64,000 nucleotides of DNA. Origin: an uncultured Clostridia bacterium (GTDB taxonomy: Bacteria > Bacillota > Clostridia > Christensenellales > Borkfalkiaceae). The translations under genes and the position numbers were made by a program. Where the stretch lies: NCBI GenBank assembly GCA_947597925.1, contig CANQFA010000008.1:1449-65448 (forward strand), written 5' to 3'. Of this stretch, positions 55,856-64,000 are shown piece after piece (position 1 is the first letter of the stretch; each line of letters opens with the position of its first letter). The notes below the pieces were generated by a model. It worked only from the letters and a program-made list of their open reading frames with translations. It was not told the origin of the DNA and did no database searches.

Positions 55856-56776
55856 CTATTTGATGAATTTCCCGTAGACCTCGGAGGTCTGAGAGAAGTA
55901 GGCGAAGGTCCCGGGATATTTCTTGACGATGCGCTGGATCTCGGCCACCTGCTTCTTGCGGATGATGCACACGAGCAGGCTCTTGTCGCCGTGGGTGTAC
56001 ATGCCCGTGGCATGGACGAGGGTGACGCCGTGGTGGGTGCGGTCCATGATCTCGCGGGAGAGCTCCTCGGGGCTGTCGGTGATGATCTCGAACTTATACG
56101 CCGTCTGAAAGCCGTGGATGATGACATCGCTCGTCTTGCTCGTCACATACAGGGAGACGAGGGCGAGGAGGATGGGCATGAGGTTCTGCGCGAAGTGCGT
56201 GGCAAAGGGCTCGTTCCAATTATAGTAGACGAAGAAGGAGATGATGACGACGACGGCATCGAAAGCGGAGGTGAGCCAACTGACGCTCAGAAAACGCCAC
56301 TTCTTATTGATGATGGAAGCGGGGATGGCCGTCCCCCCTGCCGTGCCGCAGCTGCGGATCATGATCGCGAGGGCGGCTCCGAGCAAGATGCCGCTCGCGA
56401 CGGCGGCGAGCAGTCCGTAGGCGATGGGCTCTTCCGAACTCAGCCCGTCGAACATGGGGATATTCAAATAGGGAAAGACGATGAGGAGGCCGGACGTGAG
56501 GAGCATGGAGCTCGTGGAGGCGATGGCCTCGCGCTTTCCGAGGAGGAAGAAGGCGACGAAGAAGAGCGGGACATTGAAGAGGAGCAGGAACCAGCCCGAA
56601 CTCAGCTTGGTGCCGTATTCGAGGAGGACCGCAAGTCCGTTGATGCCGCCCGGTGCGAAGTTATTGGGCGTGACGAAGATATAGATGCCGAAGGCCCGCA
56701 CGACGCCCGAGAGCAGCACGGGCAGAAGGTAGAGCGTGAGAAATTTGGAGAAGAGCTCCCCCGATTTCGATTTCAT
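55856..56776 (-). CDS. YitT family membrane protein (DUF2179 C-terminus)
   Basis: FGIYIFVTPNNFAPGGINGLAVLLEY YitT signature. Confidence 0.8.
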   Translation of the reverse strand: MKSKSGELFSKFLTLYLLPVLLSGVVRAFGIYIFVTPNNFAPGGINGLAVLLEYGTKLSSGWFLLLFNVPLFFVAFFLLGKREAIASTSSMLLTSGLLIVFPYLNIPMFDGLSSEEPIAYGLLAAVASGILLGAALAIMIRSCGTAGGTAIPASIINKKWRFLSVSWLTSAFDAVVVIISFFVYYNWNEPFATHFAQNLMPILLALVSLYVTSKTSDVIIHGFQTAYKFEIITDSPEELSREIMDRTHHGVTLVHATGMYTHGDKSLLVCIIRKKQVAEIQRIVKKYPGTFAYFSQTSEVYGKFIK

Positions 56777-56786
56777 GACCCGCCTC

Positions 56787-58160
56787 TCACATGATGTTTT
56801 TGACCGACCTCGGGAAGAGGGTGACGTCGCGGATATTCTCCATGCCCGTGACGTACATCACAAAACGCTCGAAGCCGAGGCCGAAGCCGCCGTGCGGGAC
56901 GCTTCCGAAGACGCGGAGGTCGAGATATTGGCGATATGCCGCCATGTCCATGTGCCGCTCCTCCATGGCAGCTCGGAGCTTGCCGAGGTCGGCCTCCCTC
57001 TCGCTTCCGCCGATGATCTCGCCGATCCCGGGGACGAGAAGATCGACCGCGGCGACCGTCTTTCCGTCGGGATTTTGCTTCATGTAGAAGGACTTGATCT
57101 CCTTGGGATAGTCGGTGACGAAGACGGGACGGCGGAAGACCTCTTCGGTGAGGTACTTCTCGTGCTCGCTCTGCAGGTCGCTCCCCCACGCCACGGGGAA
57201 CTTGAAGCGCTCCTTTACCTTTTCGAGGAGGGAGATCGCCTCGGTGTAGGGGCACACCGCAAAGTCGGAATTTGCGACATGGGTGAGCTTTTCGATGAGT
57301 CCCTTCTCCACGAAGGAGTCGAAGAAGGCGAGCTCGTCGGGGCACTCTTCGAGGACGGTGCGGATGAGATATTTGAGGAGATCCTCCTCTATCTCGAGAA
57401 GGTCGGGGAGCTCGGCAAAGGCTATCTCGGGCTCCACATGCCAAAACTCGGCGAGGTGACGGGTCGTATTGGAATTTTCCGCGCGGAAGGAGGGTCCGAA
57501 GGTATAGATCTTCCCGAGCGCCGTCGCGGCGACCTCACCCTCGAGCTGACCCGAGACGGACAGCCCCGCCTTGACGCCGAAGAAGTCCTTCTTATAATAT
57601 TCCTCCTCCGACTTGTCCGCCGCATTCCACGGGCGGGTGGTCACGCGGAACATCTCCCCCGCGCCCTCGCAGTCGCTCGCCGTGATGAGGGGCGCATTGA
57701 TATAGTAGTAGCCGCGGTCGTGGAAATAGCGATGGATGGCCTGTGCCGCCACGGAGCGGACGCGGAAGACCGCCGCAAAGGTATTTGTACGGAGGCGGAG
57801 GTGCGGGATCCCGCGCAAGAAGTCGAGGGTCGTCCTCTTCTTCTGGATGGGATAGTCCGCGGGGCAGGCGCCGAGGAGGGTGACTTCCTTCGCGTTGAGT
57901 TCATTTCCCTCCCCCTTATATGCCTTGACCAGCGTGCCCTTGACCGCGACCGACGCGCCGAGCTTGGTGCACTCGGCATCGCACGCGACCTTTTCCTTGT
58001 CGATGACCACCTGAAGTCTGCGGAAGGAAGACCCGTCCGAGAGCTCCATAAAGGCGACGCTCGCCGACTCGCGGAAGGTGCGCACCCAACCGCAGATGAC
58101 CGCGTCGGTGCCTACCATGTCCGCATTGGTTAATGCAATTTTGATATCGAGATGTTTCAT
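56787..58160 (-). CDS. asnS: Asparagine--tRNA ligase
   Basis: 457 aa from MKHLDIKIAL... (GAGGAAAA SD). GFGLGFERFVMYVTG motif 3. The 149-aa N-terminal extension in the track is rejected. Confidence 0.92.
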   Translation of the reverse strand: MKHLDIKIALTNADMVGTDAVICGWVRTFRESASVAFMELSDGSSFRRLQVVIDKEKVACDAECTKLGASVAVKGTLVKAYKGEGNELNAKEVTLLGACPADYPIQKKRTTLDFLRGIPHLRLRTNTFAAVFRVRSVAAQAIHRYFHDRGYYYINAPLITASDCEGAGEMFRVTTRPWNAADKSEEEYYKKDFFGVKAGLSVSGQLEGEVAATALGKIYTFGPSFRAENSNTTRHLAEFWHVEPEIAFAELPDLLEIEEDLLKYLIRTVLEECPDELAFFDSFVEKGLIEKLTHVANSDFAVCPYTEAISLLEKVKERFKFPVAWGSDLQSEHEKYLTEEVFRRPVFVTDYPKEIKSFYMKQNPDGKTVAAVDLLVPGIGEIIGGSEREADLGKLRAAMEERHMDMAAYRQYLDLRVFGSVPHGGFGLGFERFVMYVTGMENIRDVTLFPRSVKNIM

Positions 58161-58189
58161 ATGTTTTCCTCTGTCCCCTCTTTGCGGCC

Positions 58190-59620
58190 TCAATAAGCCC
58201 TTGCGAAGAAGACGGCGTGCTTTGCCTTTTTCCCACAGCAGACGCAAGTGGGCAGGTCGCACTCCGTGTCCATGACGCGGGCGGTCGCCTGTGCGAACTC
58301 CTTGACCTTGTCCTCGCAGGCGCGCTCGCCGCACCAACCGGCGCGCACGAAATTGCCGCCGTCCACCCCCTCGAGAAGCTCCTCGAGGGAAGAGGCGCCC
58401 ACGATGCGCTCCTCCATGCGAGCCTGCGCCCGTGCATAGAGGGAGGCCGAGATCTCGGCAAGGAGGCCCTTTACCGTCTCCTCTGCCTCGGCGAGGAGGA
58501 AGCCGTCCTCCTTTTCGCAGGTATCGCGGCGGAACACGGTGAGCTTTCCGCTCTCGATGTCGCGCGGGCCGAGTTCGATGCGCAACGGCACGCCCTTCAT
58601 CTCCCATTCATTGAACTTCCAGCCCGGGGAGTTGTCGGTGTCGTCGATCTTCACGCGGAGCCCCGCCCTCGTGAGGCGCGCGGAGAGCTCCTCACATGCC
58701 GCGAGGACGCCCTCCTTTTTCTGGGCGATGGGCACGATGACGACCTGCACGGGGGCGACGGGCGGAGGGAGCACCAGACCGCGGCTGTCGCCGTGGGTCA
58801 TGATGAGCGCGCCGATGAGGCGGGTGGAGACGCCGTAGCTCATGGTATAGCCGTACTGCAGGACGCCGTCCTTTCCCGTGAACTGCACGCCGAAGGCCTT
58901 CGCAAAGTTCTGCCCCATGTAGTGGGTCGTGCCCGACTGCAGGCTCTTGCCGTCGTGCATCATGGCCTCCATGCCATAAGTCGCCACGGCGCCCGCGAAC
59001 TTTTCCTTTTCCGTCTTGCGCCCCGTGAGGACGGGCATGCACAGGACGGTCTTTGCAAATTCCTCATAGAGGCGGAGCATGGCGAGGGTCTCCTCTTCCG
59101 CTTCCTCTGCCGAGGCGAAGACGGAGTGCCCCTCCTGCCACAAAAATTCACTCGTGCGGAGGAAGGGACGGGTCGTCTTTTCCCACCGCATGACATTGCA
59201 CCATTGATTGAGGCGGAGAGGGAGGTCCCGCCAGCTCTCCACCCACTTGCCGTACATGTGCCCGATGATGGTCTCCGAAGTCGGTCGGACGACGAGGGGC
59301 TCCTCGAGCTTGGCGCCGCCCGCATGGGTGACGACGGCGACCTCGGGGGCAAATCCCTCCACGTGTTCGGCCTCCTTCGTCATGAAGGACATGGGAATGA
59401 GAAGAGGGAAGTAGGCATTTTCCACGCCAGCCGCCCGAAAGCGCGCATTGAGCTCGCGCTGAATATTCTCCCAGATTGCGTAGGCGTAGGGACGGATGAC
59501 CATGGTGCCCTTTACGGGCCCGTAGTCCACGAGTTTGGTCTTGACCACGACGTCGGTATACCACTGCGGGAAATCCGTCTCGATGTCCGCGATCTCTTTT
59601 ACAAATTGTTCTTTCGCCAT
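58190..59620 (-). CDS. proS: Proline--tRNA ligase, archaeal/eukaryote-like short type
   Basis: 476 aa, MAKEQFVKEIADIETDFPQWYTDVVVKTKLVDYGPVKG, C-terminal Zn-binding CxxC. Confidence 0.92.
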   Translation of the reverse strand: MAKEQFVKEIADIETDFPQWYTDVVVKTKLVDYGPVKGTMVIRPYAYAIWENIQRELNARFRAAGVENAYFPLLIPMSFMTKEAEHVEGFAPEVAVVTHAGGAKLEEPLVVRPTSETIIGHMYGKWVESWRDLPLRLNQWCNVMRWEKTTRPFLRTSEFLWQEGHSVFASAEEAEEETLAMLRLYEEFAKTVLCMPVLTGRKTEKEKFAGAVATYGMEAMMHDGKSLQSGTTHYMGQNFAKAFGVQFTGKDGVLQYGYTMSYGVSTRLIGALIMTHGDSRGLVLPPPVAPVQVVIVPIAQKKEGVLAACEELSARLTRAGLRVKIDDTDNSPGWKFNEWEMKGVPLRIELGPRDIESGKLTVFRRDTCEKEDGFLLAEAEETVKGLLAEISASLYARAQARMEERIVGASSLEELLEGVDGGNFVRAGWCGERACEDKVKEFAQATARVMDTECDLPTCVCCGKKAKHAVFFARAY

Positions 59621-59775
59621 ATTGAAAAACTCCGCATCCCGATCCTCGGGACCTACAATAGTATAGCACGAAATTTCCCGTTTGTCGAATGATTCTCGTG
59701 AGATATGCGGAATTTTTTGGCAAGAAAGAACGGACCGCGGCGCGGCCCGTCAAAAGGGAAATTTTATCTCGCTTT

Positions 59776-60870
59776 TCAGATGTGTTTCGCGCCCCTTCCC
59801 TTTCCGAAGAGGTCGCCCTCGAGGATGCCCGAAGAGACCCTCTCCTTGGACACGGGTGCCTCGGCTTCGTCGAGGAGGGAGAGGAGAAAGGCGCGGGCCT
59901 CCGTGAGCGATTTCGTGAAGAGGTGCACGGACAGCGACCCGGGGACGGTATTGAGTTCGTTGAAGTAGGCCTTCCCCTCCGAGACCAGAAAGTCGGCGCG
60001 CACCACGCCCCTGCCGCCGAAGGTCTCGTAGAGCAGCTCGGTGGCCGCAGAGATCTCCTCCGCAAGCGGGGCGGGAAGGTCGGCGGGGATCTTTCCCGCG
60101 TCCGCGCTCTCCCTGCCGTATTTCTCCGAAAAAGTGAGGATGCGCTCGTGCGAAAAGACCTCCTCGAGGGGGGAGAGGACCGTCCTTCCCCCGATGCGGC
60201 AGGCGGCGCAGTTGATGTCCCGCCTTTGGGGGAGATATCTCTCCACGAGGGCCGCCGTGTCGAGGCGAAAGGCCTCCCCGAGGGCGCGGGAAAACTCCTC
60301 CTCCCCCTCCGCGATCCCGATGCCGATGCTCGACCCCAGACGCGCGGGCTTCACGATGAGGGGATAGCCGAGCGCCTCTGCCCTCTTCAGGACCTCTTCC
60401 CGCTCCTCCCATGCGCGCTCGGTCACCGAAAATCCCTCCACGACGGGGATCCCGAGCCCCCTTGCGGCGACCTTCGTCAGCGTTTTGTCCATGAAGACCG
60501 CGGACATGGGTACCTCGGGCGAGGCGGATGGAATGCCGTGAAAGCGCAGAAGCGCCGCGAGCGTGCCGTCCTCTCCGAAGCCGCCGTGGCAGCAATTGAG
60601 CGCGCAGTCGATCCGCACGGGCAGGCGACGGGCACGGAGGAGCTTTCCCTTCCCGAGGCGGACGGGGATGCATTTCCCCTTCGCGCCGCGGCGAAAGTCG
60701 GCGGGCCCGCGAAATTCTCCCGTCACCATGCCTCCCTCCTCGGGAAGATAGACGGGGATCACCTGCAGGTCGGCGCCGCGGAGCAGGTTGACGGCGAGCA
60801 TCCCCGTGATGACGGAGATCTCGCGCTCATTGGAGTTGCCTCCGAAAAAGACGGCGACGGTACGGGACAT
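59776..60870 (-). CDS. ddl: D-alanine--D-alanine ligase
   Basis: VAVFFGGNSNEREISVITG N-terminus and ATP-grasp motifs. Confidence 0.92.
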   Translation of the reverse strand: MSRTVAVFFGGNSNEREISVITGMLAVNLLRGADLQVIPVYLPEEGGMVTGEFRGPADFRRGAKGKCIPVRLGKGKLLRARRLPVRIDCALNCCHGGFGEDGTLAALLRFHGIPSASPEVPMSAVFMDKTLTKVAARGLGIPVVEGFSVTERAWEEREEVLKRAEALGYPLIVKPARLGSSIGIGIAEGEEEFSRALGEAFRLDTAALVERYLPQRRDINCAACRIGGRTVLSPLEEVFSHERILTFSEKYGRESADAGKIPADLPAPLAEEISAATELLYETFGGRGVVRADFLVSEGKAYFNELNTVPGSLSVHLFTKSLTEARAFLLSLLDEAEAPVSKERVSSGILEGDLFGKGRGAKHI

Positions 60871-60929
60871 GAAAAAAGCACCTCCGAAGGAATTTTTCCT
60901 CTTTGGTGCCTTGCCTCGGTCGGTTTTCT

Positions 60930-62516
60930 TCAGAGATATTTGTCGGGCAGATCGTTCAGAAAGAGCACGGCGTCCCCCTCTCTGAGCTCCCCTTCGAGCA
61001 CCTCCTGCGCCGCCGCGAGCGTGGGCACGACGCGGAGGAGGCTGTCATCTCCCCCTGCGTCCAAATAGCCATGCCGCACGGAGAGCACGAGGGTCTCGCC
61101 CACGAGAATGACGCCGTCAAGACCTACAAAACGCGACCCCAAGTTTGCATTTGCCCCCTCTTCGAGTTCGCCGAGCTCCACGAGCCCGGGGGTGACGACG
61201 AAGCGCCGCCCCGTGCAGGCTTTGAGGAGCTCCACGGCGTTTGCCGCGCCTGCGATGTTGGAATTATAGGCATCGTCGAGGACGAGGACGCCCTCGCTGT
61301 CCATGCGGGTGAGACGGTGCGGAATGGGCTCAAGCGCGGGGATGCCCTCTGCGATTTCCGCGGGCGTCATGCCGAGGAGGAAGCAGAGCGCCGCCGCGAG
61401 GGCGATGTCCTCTGCGGCGTGTCTGCCGAGAAGGCGGGTAGTCACGCGGAAGCGTTCACCCCCCAGGACGAGGGCAAAATGCGTCCCGTCGGGGGAGATC
61501 TCCACGTTCTCCGCTCCGAAATCGCGCCCTTCGAGGAGGGCGCCCTCCCGATCGTACATCGCCGCACTCGCGCCGAGGATGACGTGCTCTGCGCGCTCCG
61601 CGAGGATGCCCTTTTCACGGACGAGCGCCTCCATGGAGCCGAATGTCTCGAGATGCTGCGGGCAGATCCCTGTCAAGATGGCGAAGGACGGGCATACCAT
61701 GTCGCAAAGCTCGGCGATATCTCCCGTCTTCCGCGCGCCCATCTCGGCGAGGAAGAGGTCACAGTCCGCGCCGCCCTCATTCACGCACTTTGCGATGCCC
61801 GCGGGGGTATTATACGAGGCGGGCGTGGCGATGACGCGGTACTTCTTTTCGAGCAACCGTGCGGCGATGTGCTTGACGCTCGTCTTGGCGAAAGAGCCCG
61901 TGATGCCCACCTTCAGGCAGGGGCTCTCCCTGAGCTTTTTCGCGGCACTGCGGACAAAGCGGGCGGTGTGCGGGAGCTCATAGCACAGCATGAGGACATT
62001 GGAGAGGACGAGCAGCAGCGGAAAGAGAAGAGGAAGGAATGCGAGCGGGACCGTCCTCAGGAGGGCGTGTGCGAGCGGATGGCCGATCGCGGTCGCGAGG
62101 GCGCTCATGCCCGCCTCTATCCCGAATGCCGCCGCCGCCATAAAGATAAAGAGCATGGCCCCCAGCCGCACCGCACGGGGCGTCGCGCGCAGGGGCACCT
62201 TGAGCGCCTTTTTGCAGGCATAGAGGAAGAGCCCGCCGAGGGCAAACATGCCGAGTACGGCGAGGAAGGTGGAGAGGCTCTCCCCTCCGAAGGAAAAGAC
62301 GAGCGGGAAGAGGGCGGCGAGCAGAGCGCAGCAGAGGAAGAGGAGAGCATATCTCCGCTTCATCTCCCCCTTCTTGCGGTAAAACCACTTCAGGAAGGGA
62401 GCCGCCGCGTACCCTTCCTGCTGCAGAATGCCCATAAGCGGCCTGCAGCACAGCGTAAACATGACCCCGAGAAGGAGGGCATAGGCCGCAGACGTCATCC
62501 AATATTCATAGCTCAT
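60930..62516 (-). CDS. murF: MurF-like Mur ligase with an N-terminal polytopic membrane extension of about 170 aa
   Basis: GITGSFAKTSVKH P-loop and the C-terminal Mur ligase domain. Located next to ddl. The first ~170 aa form several hydrophobic helices instead of the usual MurF domain 1. Confidence 0.75.
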   Translation of the reverse strand: MSYEYWMTSAAYALLLGVMFTLCCRPLMGILQQEGYAAAPFLKWFYRKKGEMKRRYALLFLCCALLAALFPLVFSFGGESLSTFLAVLGMFALGGLFLYACKKALKVPLRATPRAVRLGAMLFIFMAAAAFGIEAGMSALATAIGHPLAHALLRTVPLAFLPLLFPLLLVLSNVLMLCYELPHTARFVRSAAKKLRESPCLKVGITGSFAKTSVKHIAARLLEKKYRVIATPASYNTPAGIAKCVNEGGADCDLFLAEMGARKTGDIAELCDMVCPSFAILTGICPQHLETFGSMEALVREKGILAERAEHVILGASAAMYDREGALLEGRDFGAENVEISPDGTHFALVLGGERFRVTTRLLGRHAAEDIALAAALCFLLGMTPAEIAEGIPALEPIPHRLTRMDSEGVLVLDDAYNSNIAGAANAVELLKACTGRRFVVTPGLVELGELEEGANANLGSRFVGLDGVILVGETLVLSVRHGYLDAGGDDSLLRVVPTLAAAQEVLEGELREGDAVLFLNDLPDKYL

Positions 62517-63210
62517 GGTAAAATTCCTCCGCCGCCAGCCGAAACGCCGACGGATCGTCGAGAAAGGCGAAGTGCCCGCACCCCTCGAGAAGGCACATGC
62601 GGGAGCCCTTCACGGCCCTGTGTAAGATTTCGACCGAGGAGGTCGGGGTCTCCCTGTCCTCCCGTCCGTTCAGAAAGAGTACGGGACGGGTGATGCGGGC
62701 GGCATCTTCCCGAAGGTCCTCGTTTACGATCTTTTTGAAACTCTCCCGCATGACGGGAGGGAGCGCCCTGTAGTCCTTGCTCCCGAAGTGCCTCTCCGCA
62801 AAGTCGGGAAAAAGTTTTCGGACGGCGCGGTAGGTCTTCACGCGCACATGATAGCCCAATCCCCGCCGCGGCACCACGCCCGCGCATCCCGTGAGCACGC
62901 ACCGGTCGAAGAGGGGCTCTGCGGCGAGCAGTTTGATGGCGACGCGGCAGCCGAAGGAGTGGGCGAGAAGATGGGGAAAAGTAAGCCCGAGCTCTCCGAG
63001 CGCCTCCCTCGTCCAGTCGGCATAATCCTGCACCGAATAGGGCTCCGTGAGCGCATCCGCCCCACCCATGCCCGGGAAGTCGAGTGCGGTCACGCAAAAT
63101 TGTCTCGAAAAATAGGCGATCTCCGCGGCGAAGGTCTCCTTGGATGCAAGGTAGCCGTGCAGCATGACGAGGTCCTTGCCCTCCCCGCGTCGGATATAGG
63201 AAAGTCTCAA
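62506..63210 (-). CDS. Alpha/beta hydrolase
   Basis: LVMLHGY oxyanion region, AHSFGC nucleophile elbow, GCGHFAF His. Confidence 0.8.
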   Translation of the reverse strand: MRLSYIRRGEGKDLVMLHGYLASKETFAAEIAYFSRQFCVTALDFPGMGGADALTEPYSVQDYADWTREALGELGLTFPHLLAHSFGCRVAIKLLAAEPLFDRCVLTGCAGVVPRRGLGYHVRVKTYRAVRKLFPDFAERHFGSKDYRALPPVMRESFKKIVNEDLREDAARITRPVLFLNGREDRETPTSSVEILHRAVKGSRMCLLEGCGHFAFLDDPSAFRLAAEEFYHEL

Positions 63211-63638
63211 CCGAGCTCCTTTGTCATGACGATGGCATCCTCCCCGTCGGGATAGTAGCGGGTGCGGCAGTAGAGGCCGCGGAACCCGTGCTTTAAGTAG
63301 AGGATCTGTGCGGCGGCATTGGAGACGCGCACCTCGAGAAAGGCCTTTTCCGCGCCCTTTTCGCGGGCAAGGGAGAGGAGCTCTTCCAGGATCTCGCCCC
63401 CGCGGCCGCAGCGGCGGTACATCTCGCCGACGGCGATGAGCTGGATCTCGGCGATCTCAAAGGTGACCTCCACGCCCCCGTATCCCACGAGCCGCCCCTC
63501 TTCCTCTTCAAGAAGGCCGAAAAAGCGGTCGGAAAGCAGGCATTCGGCGAGCATCCTGCGGCTCCACGGGTAGGAGAAACACTCCGCCTCGAGCGCGGCG
63601 ATCGCGTCGAGGTCCCCCGCTGTCCACGGACGGATCAT
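63207..63638 (-). CDS. rimI: Ribosomal-protein-alanine N-acetyltransferase
   Basis: MIRPWTAGDLDAIAALEAECFSYPWS... GNAT. ATGA overlap with tsaB sets the start at 63638. Confidence 0.85.
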   Translation of the reverse strand: MIRPWTAGDLDAIAALEAECFSYPWSRRMLAECLLSDRFFGLLEEEEGRLVGYGGVEVTFEIAEIQLIAVGEMYRRCGRGGEILEELLSLAREKGAEKAFLEVRVSNAAAQILYLKHGFRGLYCRTRYYPDGEDAIVMTKELG

Positions 63639-64000
63639 CGTCCTTCCTCCGCGGCAGAGCGCCTGAGATAGAGGGCGGCGAGCATCTCCGAAGAGGCGCA
63701 TTCCCCGCTCTTTGCCTCCGCTGCGCGAAGGAGCCCCCGCGCGGCATCGGTCTTTTCGACCCCCATTCCCTCATATTCGGCGGAGAGAAGGCGGGCGCCC
63801 GCGGCCAAGGCGTACGCTGCTACCTCTTCGAAGGGATAGTACCCTGCCGTAAGTTCCACGCCGAAGCCCTCGGCATAGACATAGCCGTGCCCCGCATCGA
63901 CCACCGCGATCCGTTTTCCTTCGCCATCATATGCGATCTCCTCGAAGGAGGTGACTACGAGCGCGGGCTTTTCCGCCGCAAAACAGAGCCCCTTGACGGC
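63635..64000 (-). CDS. tsaB: tRNA t6A biosynthesis protein TsaB (partial, runs off the right edge)
   Basis: The frame is open to the window end: AVKGLCFAAEKPALVVTSFEEIAYDGEGKRIAVVDAGHGYVYAEGFG... It is followed by rimI, as in the conserved tsaE-tsaB-rimI-tsaD cluster. Confidence 0.8.
   Translation of the reverse strand, partial: AVKGLCFAAEKPALVVTSFEEIAYDGEGKRIAVVDAGHGYVYAEGFGVELTAGYYPFEEVAAYALAAGARLLSAEYEGMGVEKTDAARGLLRAAEAKSGECASSEMLAALYLRRSAAEEGR

Noticed and set aside
59621-59775. T-box leader upstream of proS-asnS (and upstream of hisS)
   Set aside because: The spacer is only 155 nt, and part of it is the ddl terminator (about 59729-59752). I recognised no specifier or T-box sequence. 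hisS has only 43 nt upstream.

Overview
This is a high-GC chromosomal segment that looks like Firmicutes/Clostridia. It carries a spoIIAA-spoIIAB-sigF operon, dprA/comM and a choloylglycine-hydrolase gene, which fits a spore-forming gut anaerobe. There are about 55 genes, almost all on the minus strand and mostly housekeeping: trxA-hisS, hslU/hslV, trmFO-topA-dprA-comM, rplS, recF facing dnaA-mnmG, a type III glutamine synthetase, a short UvrA paralogue, an O-methyltransferase/U32 pair, RNase J, a heterodimeric ABC exporter, the spoIIA operon, clpB, asnS-proS, ddl-murF and rimI-tsaB. I saw no rRNA, tRNA or CRISPR array. Many long ORFs in the six-frame track are antisense artefacts of the high GC content, and several real genes start later than the track suggests. 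I re-set those starts using SD sites and ATGA/GTGA overlaps. Three AT-richer accessory patches stand out. (i) 1-2.6 kb holds an integrase N-terminus and a DUF262/DUF1524 (GmrSD-like) nuclease gene whose 5' end looks damaged. (ii) 7983-9536 encodes a Zn-ribbon/TIR/Sel1 protein in the slot between trmFO and hslV. (iii) 32.6-34.6 kb is my best candidate for something undescribed. It is a 1.46-kb AT-rich cassette with no recombinase, bracketed by a ~260-bp duplication of the 3' end of a DAG-kinase-family gene. The cassette encodes one small basic protein with a DUF4258/RelE-like H-A-x-x-R signature, then three tandem paralogous small acidic proteins that share a C-terminal D-L-D-D-L-N-R-R-L-G-L-R-K motif. 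Structured REP-like repeats fill both flanks of hslU. All functional calls rest on motif recognition by eye; no database search was run.
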